A stretch of DNA of 64,000 nucleotides from Fidelibacterota bacterium. Lineage in GTDB: Bacteria > Fidelibacterota > UBA2242. The DNA is taken from positions 20,324 through 84,323 of the forward strand of contig JADHYC010000002.1 in the NCBI GenBank assembly GCA_016782645.1. The letters run 5' to 3'. This document shows positions 38,631 through 48,671 of this stretch, in pieces. Position 1 is the stretch's first letter, and each line of letters starts with the position of its first letter. The position numbers and the translations under genes were made by a program. The notes below the pieces were generated by a model that saw nothing but the letters and a program-made list of their open reading frames with translations, searched no databases and was not told the origin of the DNA.

Positions 38631-39104
38631 ATGTCCCCTCTTTTCTTTTTTAAGATTATGATGGCAAGATTTAGCAATATCAGAAAATTTTTAGTCGACG
38701 AATCCGGCACGACACTTGTGGAAATGATGGTGGCTATTGTCATAACTACTATTATCATGATCGGGGGGTTGCAATTTTTCTATGGGGGTAAACTCTTTTT
38801 GAATCACGGCAAAAGCAGGCGTATCGCACTCGCCATTGCCGAGCAAAGAATGGAGACGATTCTGCGCTATCCATATAATCAAATGGCGGACAGCCTATCT
38901 GAAGTAAACACGGTAATAGGCGGCAAGTGGACGAGAAGCACAACATTCAGCGGCGTAGATGACGCAACTGACGGTCTCGGAGCAGGAGATAGCGATGGAA
39001 ATACCGACGATTACCGGGAGATTACAATTACGGTAGATTGGGGAGAATCGTCAAACAAAAGTATCTCAATAAAAAATTACATTAGCGAATACGGTCAGCA
39101 ATAA
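38631..39104 (+). CDS. Minor pilin (PilV-like)
   Basis: SG|TTLVEMMVAIVI class III signal; ITITVDW C-terminal strand. Confidence 0.8.
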   Translation: MSPLFFFKIMMARFSNIRKFLVDESGTTLVEMMVAIVITTIIMIGGLQFFYGGKLFLNHGKSRRIALAIAEQRMETILRYPYNQMADSLSEVNTVIGGKWTRSTTFSGVDDATDGLGAGDSDGNTDDYREITITVDWGESSNKSISIKNYISEYGQQ

Positions 39105-39119
39105 GACAATAGAAACGAT

Positions 39120-39641
39120 ATGGTCAAAACAAAATATACAGGACTTTCGCAGAATGGATTTACATTAATTGAGTTAATGATAACCATACTCATTTCATCC
39201 ATAGTCGCAATCGTCGTCGGGACTATAGTATTTACAGCCCAAAAATCTTTTATAGATGGATCCAAACAGGTCCGGTTGCAGCGCGATTACTCGCTTATTG
39301 TTGAATTTCTTTCAAGCGATATACGCTCCGGTATAGCCGATTCATCTTATATTTATACCGATTCCTCGACTGTAGACACCGGACCCGCTGTTAATGGCGG
39401 CAGATGTCTTAAAGTAGGATTGAGCGCAACGGAAAAGCAGCTGTTTTTTCAAGGCGGCAAAGATTTTGTTATTGTTACACCAAGCGGAACGAAGACTCGA
39501 CTCGTTACAGGAGTTATAGATACATTATGGTTTTATTATGACAATGGACCTGATTCCAATCGATATGTCAATTTCGATCTGGCAATGAGCAAAAAAGATC
39601 AAAAGATTTCAACCAACCACAGTTTTTTTTTTCGTAATTAG
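39120..39641 (+). CDS. Minor pilin (PilW-like)
   Basis: NG|FTLIELMITILI class III signal. Confidence 0.82.
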   Translation: MVKTKYTGLSQNGFTLIELMITILISSIVAIVVGTIVFTAQKSFIDGSKQVRLQRDYSLIVEFLSSDIRSGIADSSYIYTDSSTVDTGPAVNGGRCLKVGLSATEKQLFFQGGKDFVIVTPSGTKTRLVTGVIDTLWFYYDNGPDSNRYVNFDLAMSKKDQKISTNHSFFFRN

Positions 39642-39644
39642 AGA

Positions 39645-40448
39645 ATGCTTATGTTTATTAAACTTATACTATTCTGCATCGGGGCAATAATCGGGAGTTT
39701 CCTAAATGTCGTTATTTACCGCTTGCCTCGACATGAGTCTCTTTTATTTCCCGATTCCCACTGCCCGCAGTGCGGAGAAAAAATAGACTGGTTCGACAAT
39801 ATTCCCATTCTCAGTTTTTTCATACTCGGGAGAAAATGCCGGCACTGCAAATTACCCATCCCTGCAAGATACCCGATAGTGGAGATATTGTCAGCCGTTT
39901 TATTAGTAATTATTTACCATGTTTACGGGTTCAGCTATGAATTTCTTCTTTACGTAACATTATCGGCCCTGTTACTGACGGTTACATTCACCGATTTGGA
40001 AAAGAGGGAAATTCCAAACACTGTGATTTTGATTGGAGCGATTGCAGGACTTTGCATGTCGCTGATTTTTTGGCCTGTCTGCGTCCCGCCCAGCTGGACA
40101 GGCTGTCCTTTGAATTTTATCAACTCTTTGATTGCCTTTTTAGCTGGCGGCGGCATAATGATATTCTGGACAGTAATAGGAAAACTACTGTTTAAAAAAG
40201 AGGGTATCGGCGCCGGAGATATTAAGTTAGTTGCCATGACAAGTATCTTTCTGGGACTTCAGAACACATTGATGGCGCTGTTTTTAAGCTTTTTATTAGC
40301 GACTATCGTAGGGATATCTATGATTCTAATAAAAAAAGCACGTATGGACAGCAGTATTCCCTTTGCCCCGTTTCTTGCTTCCGGCGCTTTAATAAGTTTA
40401 ATGTGCGGCAGTCAGGTCTTTTCATGGTATTTCAATATAATGAGGTAA
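39645..40448 (+). CDS. pilD: Prepilin peptidase/N-methyltransferase
   Basis: IGSFLNVVIYRLP, SHCPQC, NIPILSF..GRKCRHC, TDLEKREIPN, GAGDIKL, IPFAPFL. Confidence 0.96.
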   Translation: MLMFIKLILFCIGAIIGSFLNVVIYRLPRHESLLFPDSHCPQCGEKIDWFDNIPILSFFILGRKCRHCKLPIPARYPIVEILSAVLLVIIYHVYGFSYEFLLYVTLSALLLTVTFTDLEKREIPNTVILIGAIAGLCMSLIFWPVCVPPSWTGCPLNFINSLIAFLAGGGIMIFWTVIGKLLFKKEGIGAGDIKLVAMTSIFLGLQNTLMALFLSFLLATIVGISMILIKKARMDSSIPFAPFLASGALISLMCGSQVFSWYFNIMR

Positions 40449-40451
40449 AAA

Positions 40452-41396
40452 ATGGGCGCTTTTAGAAATATTATCAAATCCGAAGACGGAAGTATTCTGG
40501 GAATGGTTTTAATTTTCTTTCTTTTTCTGACCATTATTGGCACGGCGTTTCTTTCCCTGGCTGCGCAGGAAGGGAAATTAAGCATACGAAGCGTGCAGAG
40601 AACGCAGGCTTTGGCATCCGCCGAGAGCGGAATCAACATCGGTTTGTGGCGCTTAAATTACGGACCCGATTCCCAGGGGACTTTCTCAAATGGTTCGATG
40701 TCGGTTACTTACGACTCGGTTGCCCAAATCCTGACGTCAACCGGAACATCGGTATCGGCATACAAAACGGTATCTGTAGAATTGTGGAAGGATCATCCGT
40801 TTAACCACATTGTCGCCTATAAGACCCAGTTGGATACCAGCAATTATACCTTAAATCATCTGAAAGGTCGCGGAATCAAACATTTCGATCCGTTGCCCGG
40901 AGCAGATAGCACATATTATGATTCTATTGCCGATTTTCATCATATTGGAGATACAAGCTTTAGCGCTCCGCTGAATAGCGGAATTCATTATATAGATGGC
41001 AACGTAACTATGAAAAACGGCAGCATTCTAATCGGCACTCTCTTCGTCACAGGCGGCATAAAGTTTCTAGGAACTGTTTTAATAGAAGCTCAACAGATGC
41101 CCGACAGCTCGCTTTATTATCCAGCCGTAGTTGTCGGCGATACCGCTGAGACAGATATACTCGGAACTCCCCTGCTGATAATAAAAGGGGCGGTATTCTC
41201 GACAGGCTATGTGAATTTCAAAGGAGACACACTGACCGGACCAATTGTGGCAAACAAAGTAGTGCTCAAAAGCGGCGTTGTAATCACAGATTACGGAAAT
41301 GAAAAATATTACAAATATCCACCCGGATTCTTAGGTCCGGATATTTATGATTGGGAAAAATTTATTAAGAAAGGCAGCTGGGCAAACAGCAACTGA
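40452..41396 (+). CDS. PilX/GspK-like minor pilin
   Basis: DG|SILGMVL hydrophobic N-terminus lacking Glu5; QALASAESGI motif. Confidence 0.75.
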   Translation: MGAFRNIIKSEDGSILGMVLIFFLFLTIIGTAFLSLAAQEGKLSIRSVQRTQALASAESGINIGLWRLNYGPDSQGTFSNGSMSVTYDSVAQILTSTGTSVSAYKTVSVELWKDHPFNHIVAYKTQLDTSNYTLNHLKGRGIKHFDPLPGADSTYYDSIADFHHIGDTSFSAPLNSGIHYIDGNVTMKNGSILIGTLFVTGGIKFLGTVLIEAQQMPDSSLYYPAVVVGDTAETDILGTPLLIIKGAVFSTGYVNFKGDTLTGPIVANKVVLKSGVVITDYGNEKYYKYPPGFLGPDIYDWEKFIKKGSWANSN

Positions 41397-41402
41397 GCAG
41401 AT

Positions 41403-42473
41403 ATGTTGATCAAAGAAAAAAAATCAGTCGGTGTCGACATCGGGAGCAACGTGATCAAAATGATCGGATTGCGCCGAAAAAAGAAGATCAAGATCGAATT
41501 CATTAAGCTGACAGACCTTTATATAAGCAGAAATGCTAAACGACCCGAAGATTTAAGCGACACCCTGTTAGTCCAGGTAATTCGTGGACTAAACGGTGAA
41601 ATAAAGGGCGGTGTAAGAAAAGTTAAGACAAGCGTTTCCGGGCCAAACGCGCTGGTGCGCAGCATGGAATTACCTAATTTATCCGAAAATGAAATCTTAT
41701 CGGCAATCAGATGGAAACTTGGTAGCATTATTCCTTTCAATATCGACGATGTGGAAATCGATTTCCAGGTACTGAACATCAATAATGATAGCAATATGCA
41801 GACTGTTCTTATCGGAATAGTTTCTACAAATAAAATGAAGAAACATCTGGACATCTTAACACGGGCACATCTTGAACCGGAGATTGTTGAGATTGATACG
41901 CTTGCAATCTACAACTGCTTTATAACTCTGCAGGGTTTGCATCCTGATAAAACCGTTGCAATATTTAATATTGGCGCCGAGTGTGCCACATTGATTATAA
42001 TGCACCCGGACCACGATCCCTTTTTTAAATCTATCGCAATCGGCGGAAATACGCTTACCCGGGATATCGAAAGAACGCTTCATATATCATTTATAGACGC
42101 GGAACAACAGAAAATTGAAATGAACTACCAACCATCCCATAATACTGATAATACTAACGATTATAAAGATATCGGCTGGAAAGGTCCCCTGCTTTCGATG
42201 GTCGCTAAATTAGCGGAAGAGCTCAAGAAAGCGGATATATATTACCAAATTTTGTACGGTGAAGAAGGGCTCAAGTGTATTTATCTAACTGGTGGCGGTG
42301 CGAAATTAAAAAACCTCGATTACTTGTTGGCAGACGCTGTGAAAGTCCCTGTAACTCTCTGGAATCCGTTAAAATCGGAAAAACTTGAGTACAATCAGGA
42401 AATCGGAAATATTGACGATCTGGGACTGCACTTTGCCACTTCGTTAGGACTTGCATTGCGAGATGAGTTATGA
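41403..42473 (+). CDS. pilM: PilM (FtsA/actin-like)
   Basis: VGVDIGSNVIK, IGGNTLTRDI, YLTGGGAKL. Confidence 0.9.
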   Translation: MLIKEKKSVGVDIGSNVIKMIGLRRKKKIKIEFIKLTDLYISRNAKRPEDLSDTLLVQVIRGLNGEIKGGVRKVKTSVSGPNALVRSMELPNLSENEILSAIRWKLGSIIPFNIDDVEIDFQVLNINNDSNMQTVLIGIVSTNKMKKHLDILTRAHLEPEIVEIDTLAIYNCFITLQGLHPDKTVAIFNIGAECATLIIMHPDHDPFFKSIAIGGNTLTRDIERTLHISFIDAEQQKIEMNYQPSHNTDNTNDYKDIGWKGPLLSMVAKLAEELKKADIYYQILYGEEGLKCIYLTGGGAKLKNLDYLLADAVKVPVTLWNPLKSEKLEYNQEIGNIDDLGLHFATSLGLALRDEL

Positions 42474-43063
42474 AAAAGATAACGATAGATCTTCTCGGAA
42501 AAGCCACAATTAGAAAAAAGCAGAAAAGAATTAGATATCTTATTGCTTTTCTCTACGTAGTGGTCTGGGTTTTTTCCCTGCTCACACTTTTTTATGTCCA
42601 CAAAACAAATTTATTTATCTCCTCAGTATATCAAAAGGAGATCAATAAAATCGCAACTGAAGTGGAATTGCAAAGCCCGAAACTCGAGAGAATAAAAAAA
42701 CTATATGAAGAAAAAAAAGAGATCGAATCAAAAAAAAGAATCTACCTTCAAAGTTATCACAGACCCGGTAACTGGCTAAGTAAAATGGTATACCTTTCCA
42801 ATGCAATTCCCGGAAACATACGATTAGAGCAAGTTGCCGTAAATGCTAATCCGGCAAAAGGCAAAAGTGAAAAAATGAAGTTAACCGGATATGCTCTCAT
42901 TGATACAGATAAACAGGATCAAAACCAGTTGAATATTTTTAAACAGGCGATTGATAAACAAGATAGGTTCATGGAAGAATTTAAAAGAGTAGATATGTTG
43001 GAAAATCGAATAGGAAAAAAGGGGAACGATCCCATTATGTCCTTTACGATAGGGATCTATTAG
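42470..43063 (+). CDS. pilN: PilN-like bitopic protein
   Basis: IDLL N-terminal motif, one TM, coiled coil, IPGNIRLEQV ferredoxin-like start; follows pilM. Confidence 0.75.
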   Translation: MKKITIDLLGKATIRKKQKRIRYLIAFLYVVVWVFSLLTLFYVHKTNLFISSVYQKEINKIATEVELQSPKLERIKKLYEEKKEIESKKRIYLQSYHRPGNWLSKMVYLSNAIPGNIRLEQVAVNANPAKGKSEKMKLTGYALIDTDKQDQNQLNIFKQAIDKQDRFMEEFKRVDMLENRIGKKGNDPIMSFTIGIY

Positions 43064-43065
43064 AT

Positions 43066-43644
43066 ATGGATAAAAGCCAACTAAAAAAGACGTCATTGCT
43101 AAAAAACCTATTCAAGCTTCACTGGATGTTGCTGGCAATATTCATCTATTCGGGCACTATTGCCGGCGGTAATTTTTTCATCATTAAGCCACAATTAATA
43201 AGATACAATGACCTAAAGGAACAGAAGAAAAATCTCGATAATATTTATCTTAAAATCCGCTCTGCCGATATCGAACAGGCTTTAAATAATCTCGATACAA
43301 AATTGAAAATTTGTCAGTCACTCAAAAGTTCGTTTGAATCCCGCGTTGCAAATGAAAAAGAGTTTTCCGCTCTGCTCGGTGAATTGAACTACATAGTAAA
43401 GAAATCAGAACTCCGTCTCAATTCCATCGCTCCTATGAAAAAAGGAGAGAAAATATTCGGCAAATATTACAAGCAACCTATCAATATCAAATTCCGCGGT
43501 TCTTATTCGAGATTTTTATCTTTTCTGAATAATCTCGAAAATTCCCGTTACTGGCTGCTGATCGATTCATTTAGCATATCGCCCGATTCCCGAGATCCGG
43601 CAAACTATAACTTTGACGTTGTAATTTTTTCAATAGTGATTTAA
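43066..43644 (+). CDS. pilO: PilO-like protein
   Basis: TM + coiled coil, PINIKFRGSYSRFLSFLNNLEN. Confidence 0.8.
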   Translation: MDKSQLKKTSLLKNLFKLHWMLLAIFIYSGTIAGGNFFIIKPQLIRYNDLKEQKKNLDNIYLKIRSADIEQALNNLDTKLKICQSLKSSFESRVANEKEFSALLGELNYIVKKSELRLNSIAPMKKGEKIFGKYYKQPINIKFRGSYSRFLSFLNNLENSRYWLLIDSFSISPDSRDPANYNFDVVIFSIVI

Positions 43645-44169
43645 ATGAAAAACAAAAAAAACAAGATCATTATTTTAATAGTACTTGTACTATCTTTAAC
43701 TCTCCTGGGAATATTCCAATTAAAAAGAACGGGAAAACGGGAGTATAACGCGCACATGGTACAAATCAACTTTGATCAGAAAGATGACTTCACCCAAGTC
43801 GAAAATATTATAAAAGAGATTTTAGACGAAGTAGTAAAGGAAATTGACGAGTCGCATTTTGATTCAATTGACTCCAAATATAAAAGTTTTAAACAATTGA
43901 GAGACCCGTTTATTTTTGTTAAAGCCAGGATGCCGGCTTCCAAAAGTAAAATAGCCGGGAAAAAGCAAAAAACCAGAAACAGTGTGCCTAGACTCGAGCT
44001 CAAAGGCATTATCTTTGATAAAGAAAACCCCATGGCGATAATAAACGGAGAGGTTTATAAAGAAGGAGATTTAATTAAAAGTTTCCGGGTCGTGCGTATT
44101 ACAAAAGACGGCGTCAAATTGGTTTCAAGAAATAATCAGATTTATTTAAAGGCACCGGAGTTTGATTAA
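43645..44169 (+). CDS. PilP/GspB/GspC-like protein
   Basis: TM, LRDPF motif, LELKGIIFD..MAIINGEVYKEGD beta-domain. Confidence 0.65.
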   Translation: MKNKKNKIIILIVLVLSLTLLGIFQLKRTGKREYNAHMVQINFDQKDDFTQVENIIKEILDEVVKEIDESHFDSIDSKYKSFKQLRDPFIFVKARMPASKSKIAGKKQKTRNSVPRLELKGIIFDKENPMAIINGEVYKEGDLIKSFRVVRITKDGVKLVSRNNQIYLKAPEFD

Positions 44170-44527
44170 GGATGAGAAAATGATATCAAAGAAAAAATTA
44201 TGGACTAAATTTTTGATTCTTTTTATCACGCTCCTGATTGTTCCAATTTTTATTTTCGAATTCATAATGATCTCGAAAAACACCGAATCCATTCATCGCA
44301 ATATAAACCTTAAACGCCTTTTTGAAGATAAACTTAATACGATTTTGGTTAAAAAAAGGGCGGAATTTTCTCTTACGGAATTGCTCTCTGCCACAGACGG
44401 ACAAATAAAAAAAGGAGACGTCTTCCTGAATTATAAAGTTGCAGAATATGACTCCAATACAATTGTGCTTAAAAAAGTGAATATTAAAAAATTAGAAACA
44501 GAAGAGATATTTAAACTGGAAAGGTAA
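44162..44527 (+). CDS. Hypothetical bitopic protein in pilus cluster
   Basis: One TM near N-terminus; overlaps neighbours (start may be ATG 44180). Confidence 0.6.
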   Translation: MIKDEKMISKKKLWTKFLILFITLLIVPIFIFEFIMISKNTESIHRNINLKRLFEDKLNTILVKKRAEFSLTELLSATDGQIKKGDVFLNYKVAEYDSNTIVLKKVNIKKLETEEIFKLER

Positions 44528-44538
44528 AAGAATAAATT

Positions 44539-45162
44539 ATGAAAAAATCAATAATATCCTTTATAATAATTTTTATCCTGGTGATGTTAAGTTGCGACAA
44601 AGATATATTAAAACCGAAGAGCATAACCCTGGCAACTTTGAAAGGAAATGTAATAGAATCAGTAAAACAAACTCCTTTATCCGGGGTTACGGTGAGCGTT
44701 TTTGACCATACCGAGTCTATACAAACCGATTCAATGGGACAATATACCTTACAAGTGGAATTAGAAACCTCCACTTCTTCGGAGCAGGTAACGCTAATAA
44801 CCCAAAAAGTCGGTTATAATTCTTCTCAAGTTGGCAACCTAACACTTAAAGCTAACGAAACAGTGACTGTACCTACGATTTCACTGGTCCCTGAAACCTG
44901 TATAGCCGATATAGAAGGTATGGTTATAGACACTACCGGTTCAGCCGTTGATTCCGTATTGATATCGATCTCTAATCATGCAGCAACTGGATTCACCAAC
45001 GAATCAGGAGCATTCAGTTTTTCTGTTGAAATCAGCAACCCTACCGAAAATGTAACGGTCAGCGCCACGAAACCGTTCTACCAGGAGGCACAATACAGTG
45101 TTTCTCTGGAATACGATCAAACTACCGTCGTTCCAACCTTCGTATTAAAGTTATTACCCTAA
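44539..45162 (+). CDS. Lipoprotein with two carboxypeptidase-regulatory-like beta-sandwich repeats
   Basis: Lipobox MLSC (Cys19); repeats LKGNVIES...TDSMGQYTL and IEGMVIDT...TNESGAFSF. Confidence 0.72.
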   Translation: MKKSIISFIIIFILVMLSCDKDILKPKSITLATLKGNVIESVKQTPLSGVTVSVFDHTESIQTDSMGQYTLQVELETSTSSEQVTLITQKVGYNSSQVGNLTLKANETVTVPTISLVPETCIADIEGMVIDTTGSAVDSVLISISNHAATGFTNESGAFSFSVEISNPTENVTVSATKPFYQEAQYSVSLEYDQTTVVPTFVLKLLP

Positions 45163-45169
45163 TTAATAA

Positions 45170-46591
45170 TTGAGAGTAATTATGAAAAGGATCAATCATA
45201 TTTTAAAATATCTTCTGATAATCTCCATTGTTTTTCTTACTGAATCTTTTTGGTACGAGACTCCGACCCGGCTACTAGCTCAGACTAAAGAAGAGGGATT
45301 AATCTCCATAAATCTGAAATATGCTTCTGTAAATAATGTTTTAAAAGTGTTGGGAGAAAAAACCGGCATTAAATTCGTCGTTGACCCGGCTATTCAAAAC
45401 CGCCGGATTACCGTAAACATTAACGATGTGTTACCCGATGACGCAATTTCGGTCATCATGGAATCAAACGGACTTGGTTATCGAAGTATAGAGGGCGTGG
45501 ATGTTTACATGGTCAGTGATCTGAGTAAAATAATGTCTCGCACCGTAGTAAAACGAGTTTCATGTCAGTTTGCCGAAGCCGTGAAATTGCGGGATATTCT
45601 AAACAAAATCGTTACGCCGGGAATCGGAGCAGTTTTGGCAGACGAACGGACGAATTCGCTGATTATCAAAGAAAATCCGGAAGTAATTGATAGATTGGAG
45701 GCGCTAATAGATGAATTAGACCAAACGACGCCACAGATATATATTCAGGCGGCTATTGCCGAAATATCCTTGACAAAAAACAAAGAAGCTGGTCTCGAAT
45801 GGTTGTGGAAAGACCCAAACCTGTTGAGTTCCACCGATAGAGTGGGAACAAGATTCGATTTGCGTCAAACAAAAACCGGTGGTGCTGGAGGACAGGGACA
45901 ATCCCAATATACGGACGGCGAAGGCAATCCCTTTCCATTTTCGCTTCCCATAGGTCAAGGGCTTGGAATCGGAATCATAAACATTCATATTGACGCCGTA
46001 CTTCGTTCTATTCAGACAGACTACGATTTAAATATTCTCTCTCGCCCACATTTGGTAACCCTTGATAACCAGGAAGCAACTATAGAGGTTGGCGACCAAA
46101 TCCCATACAAAGTTTTAAGTCAATACGGAATAACATCATACGAATTTAAATCGGCAACCGTAAAACTACTTGTAAAACCACATATTAACAACGATAGGAC
46201 AATCACTATAGAATTAAAACCAAGTGCCGATTTCCAGAACGGTCAGACACCGGATGGTATTCCTATTATTGCTACCCGAAAGGCTGATACTAAGGTAAAA
46301 GTGGCTAATGGTAAAACGATTGTTATCGGAGGACTCATGCGGGACTCAGATGTTCAAACTATCAATAAAGTTCCTATACTGGGGTCAATTCCCATCCTGG
46401 GTGCTTTGTTTCGAAGCAAGATAAACATAAAAGAGAAAACAGAACTTGTGATTTTCATTACTCCCACTATTATTACTGATGAAATCAGTGAAGAGATACT
46501 AAGACCGGAGAAATCTCTTTCGGAAAAAGCCATGAAAAAGTTGGATAAACTTATTAAGAGTAAAACTGATGAAAAACGTACCGGACATTAA
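45170..46591 (+). CDS. pilQ: Secretin (PilQ/GspD family)
   Basis: STN/N domain, ADERTNSLII, QIYIQAAIAEI, LSRPHLVTLDNQEATIEVG, KVPILGSIPILGALF, TELVIFITPTI. Confidence 0.93.
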   Translation: MRVIMKRINHILKYLLIISIVFLTESFWYETPTRLLAQTKEEGLISINLKYASVNNVLKVLGEKTGIKFVVDPAIQNRRITVNINDVLPDDAISVIMESNGLGYRSIEGVDVYMVSDLSKIMSRTVVKRVSCQFAEAVKLRDILNKIVTPGIGAVLADERTNSLIIKENPEVIDRLEALIDELDQTTPQIYIQAAIAEISLTKNKEAGLEWLWKDPNLLSSTDRVGTRFDLRQTKTGGAGGQGQSQYTDGEGNPFPFSLPIGQGLGIGIINIHIDAVLRSIQTDYDLNILSRPHLVTLDNQEATIEVGDQIPYKVLSQYGITSYEFKSATVKLLVKPHINNDRTITIELKPSADFQNGQTPDGIPIIATRKADTKVKVANGKTIVIGGLMRDSDVQTINKVPILGSIPILGALFRSKINIKEKTELVIFITPTIITDEISEEILRPEKSLSEKAMKKLDKLIKSKTDEKRTGH

Positions 46592-46761
46592 TTTCAATTT
46601 GCTTGAGGAAGTATTTTGCAGGCATACGCTTGTTTTAATTGTAGCGAACGTATTTCAAGTTACAATCAAAACTGTTAATCAGTATTTTCTCTCGACAAAA
46701 AACAAAAAGTAATTATGAAAATTATGCGGATGATAATTATTTTAAAAAGAGGTGTTAAATT

Positions 46762-47169
46762 ATGACAACAAGCCCAAGAATGAAAGTTTTGGTTGTAGAT
46801 GATAATCATGAAATACTAAGTATTTTCAGCGAAATCTTCAAGGATTCGGATTTATCTATCTTTACTACGGATAACGGACAGAGTGCAATTTTGGAAATGA
46901 GAAACGAAGAATATGATATAGCTTTCATTGACGTATATATGCCCAATATGAACGGGTTGGCCACATTAAAGGAATTAAAAAAAATCAATCCTGACCTGAT
47001 AGCAGTAATGATTTCAGGCTATAAAAACGAAAGTATGCTGGAAGAAGCCTTGAAAATTGGCGCTGACGAATATCTGTTCAAACCACTCGATATTCAGAGT
47101 ATTATGAGTACTGTCGTAAAATGTGCAAAAAAGATGGGAATCGATGAACATCTGGAAATAATCCAGTGA
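46762..47169 (+). CDS. Single-domain response regulator (receiver)
   Basis: VLVVDD, IAFIDVYMPNMNG, MISG, LFKP. Confidence 0.9.
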   Translation: MTTSPRMKVLVVDDNHEILSIFSEIFKDSDLSIFTTDNGQSAILEMRNEEYDIAFIDVYMPNMNGLATLKELKKINPDLIAVMISGYKNESMLEEALKIGADEYLFKPLDIQSIMSTVVKCAKKMGIDEHLEIIQ

Positions 47170-47179
47170 TACACATTAG

Positions 47180-47203
47180 TCGAATTAAAAATCCTTAATT
47201 CGA
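47180..47203. terminator. Hairpin after receiver gene
   Basis: TCGAATTAA-AAATCC-TTAATTCGA 9-bp stem. Confidence 0.45.
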
Positions 47204-47627
47204 TAATAATTGCCTTGGTTCCATTGGATATTATTTCATCAACCCCTCTTCAATGAGTACGAACTCGATGGTATTTCACATATAACCAGAACATGAATAA
47301 TATTTTTTCTACTGCTACTTTTTCTATTGAATGTCTGCTAATTATTCTACCGGGAGTAAATGCAGTAAAGCGATTTATAAGACTTTAAATTTTCAGAGTT
47401 CTCTGGAGGTAATTCTATTACCGTCTATTTTAAGATGATATTAAGCACTCAGGTTTCATAGTGGTTGTACTTATAATAGTCTTACTTTACTTCCTAAAAG
47501 GGGACTTATAAAGTTATTTCCAATATTTAGTTTTCGCTGAATATTTAAATACTTCGTGAAAATCACGCGGTGTTTTTTATGGATATAGTAAGTCAAATTA
47601 TATAAGAATAGAATATTATTTTCAGCC

Positions 47628-48671
47628 CTATAGCTGTGAAATAATTGTACTTATTTCCTTTTTAAGATTTTCCTCAATCTCAAGTGAAATACCAATCAGC
47701 AATAGATTATCTATTTTGGGCAATCCTTCGGGAAAGTTTATCGAATCTTTCTCCGTTGTTATCAAGTATCCGCAATTGTTAGATTTTGCATCTTCGATTA
47801 ATGAAGCTATCTCCTTTTCATTGTATTTATGATGGTCGTGAAATTTTTTTGTGATAGGTTTTGAAGAATTAAATATATTTACGGTGTCAAAAAACTGCTG
47901 TGGATTTCCTAATCCACAAAAAGCAAAAATGGAGAGTTCTTTCAAATCCTCAAGATTCAGCGTGTTTCCGCTTGATGCAATCACAATTTTTTCAATAGAA
48001 ATAGGGGAACAATACTGTTTTAAATCCGGGCGTTTCTCCCTGAAAAAACGTTTATAATTATCCGGAATTGTATCAGTTCTTGTAAACACCAATAGCGAGG
48101 CTCTTTTTAGTCCATGCAACGATTCACGCAATTTCCCTGCTGGCAGGACTTTTTCTTTATATGGATTAGAATAAGAATCCCAGAGTAGAATATTAACGTC
48201 TCTTGATAGACGCCTGTGTTGATATCCATCATCTATAATTAGAATTGCGCAGTTATATTTCTCAATTGCTGTTTTTCCTGCAGCTACTTTATCCCTATCA
48301 GCAATTATCACGGCATCTTTTGTTTTACAAGCAATGAGCTGCGGTTCATCTCCAGAGATATGTGGAGATACTAATGGACCTTTTCCAGTAGAAACTATGA
48401 TCTGATCTTTCCCCTTTCTTCTATAACCGCGTGATATAATGCCCACTTTATAGCCCGAATTCTGGAGAAATATAGAGAGGCTGATTACAAAGGGGGTTTT
48501 ACCCGTTCCACCGGCTGTGATGTTGCCCACAGAAATTACCGGAACGGAGAGTTTTTCTGCTTTCAAGATGTTTTTATCGTAGAGCCAATTTATTATTGAG
48601 GTGGCTATCATGTAAGGGAATGCGATAATGGGAAGAAACAATTTAAAGATCGCTTTAATGCTTAACCTCAT
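47628..48671 (-). CDS. lpxK: Tetraacyldisaccharide 4'-kinase
   Basis: PVISVGNITAGGTGKTP, ISRGY, SGDEP, IIDDGYQHRRL, PAGKLRE, FHDHHKY. Confidence 0.96.
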   Translation of the reverse strand: MRLSIKAIFKLFLPIIAFPYMIATSIINWLYDKNILKAEKLSVPVISVGNITAGGTGKTPFVISLSIFLQNSGYKVGIISRGYRRKGKDQIIVSTGKGPLVSPHISGDEPQLIACKTKDAVIIADRDKVAAGKTAIEKYNCAILIIDDGYQHRRLSRDVNILLWDSYSNPYKEKVLPAGKLRESLHGLKRASLLVFTRTDTIPDNYKRFFREKRPDLKQYCSPISIEKIVIASSGNTLNLEDLKELSIFAFCGLGNPQQFFDTVNIFNSSKPITKKFHDHHKYNEKEIASLIEDAKSNNCGYLITTEKDSINFPEGLPKIDNLLLIGISLEIEENLKKEISTIISQL

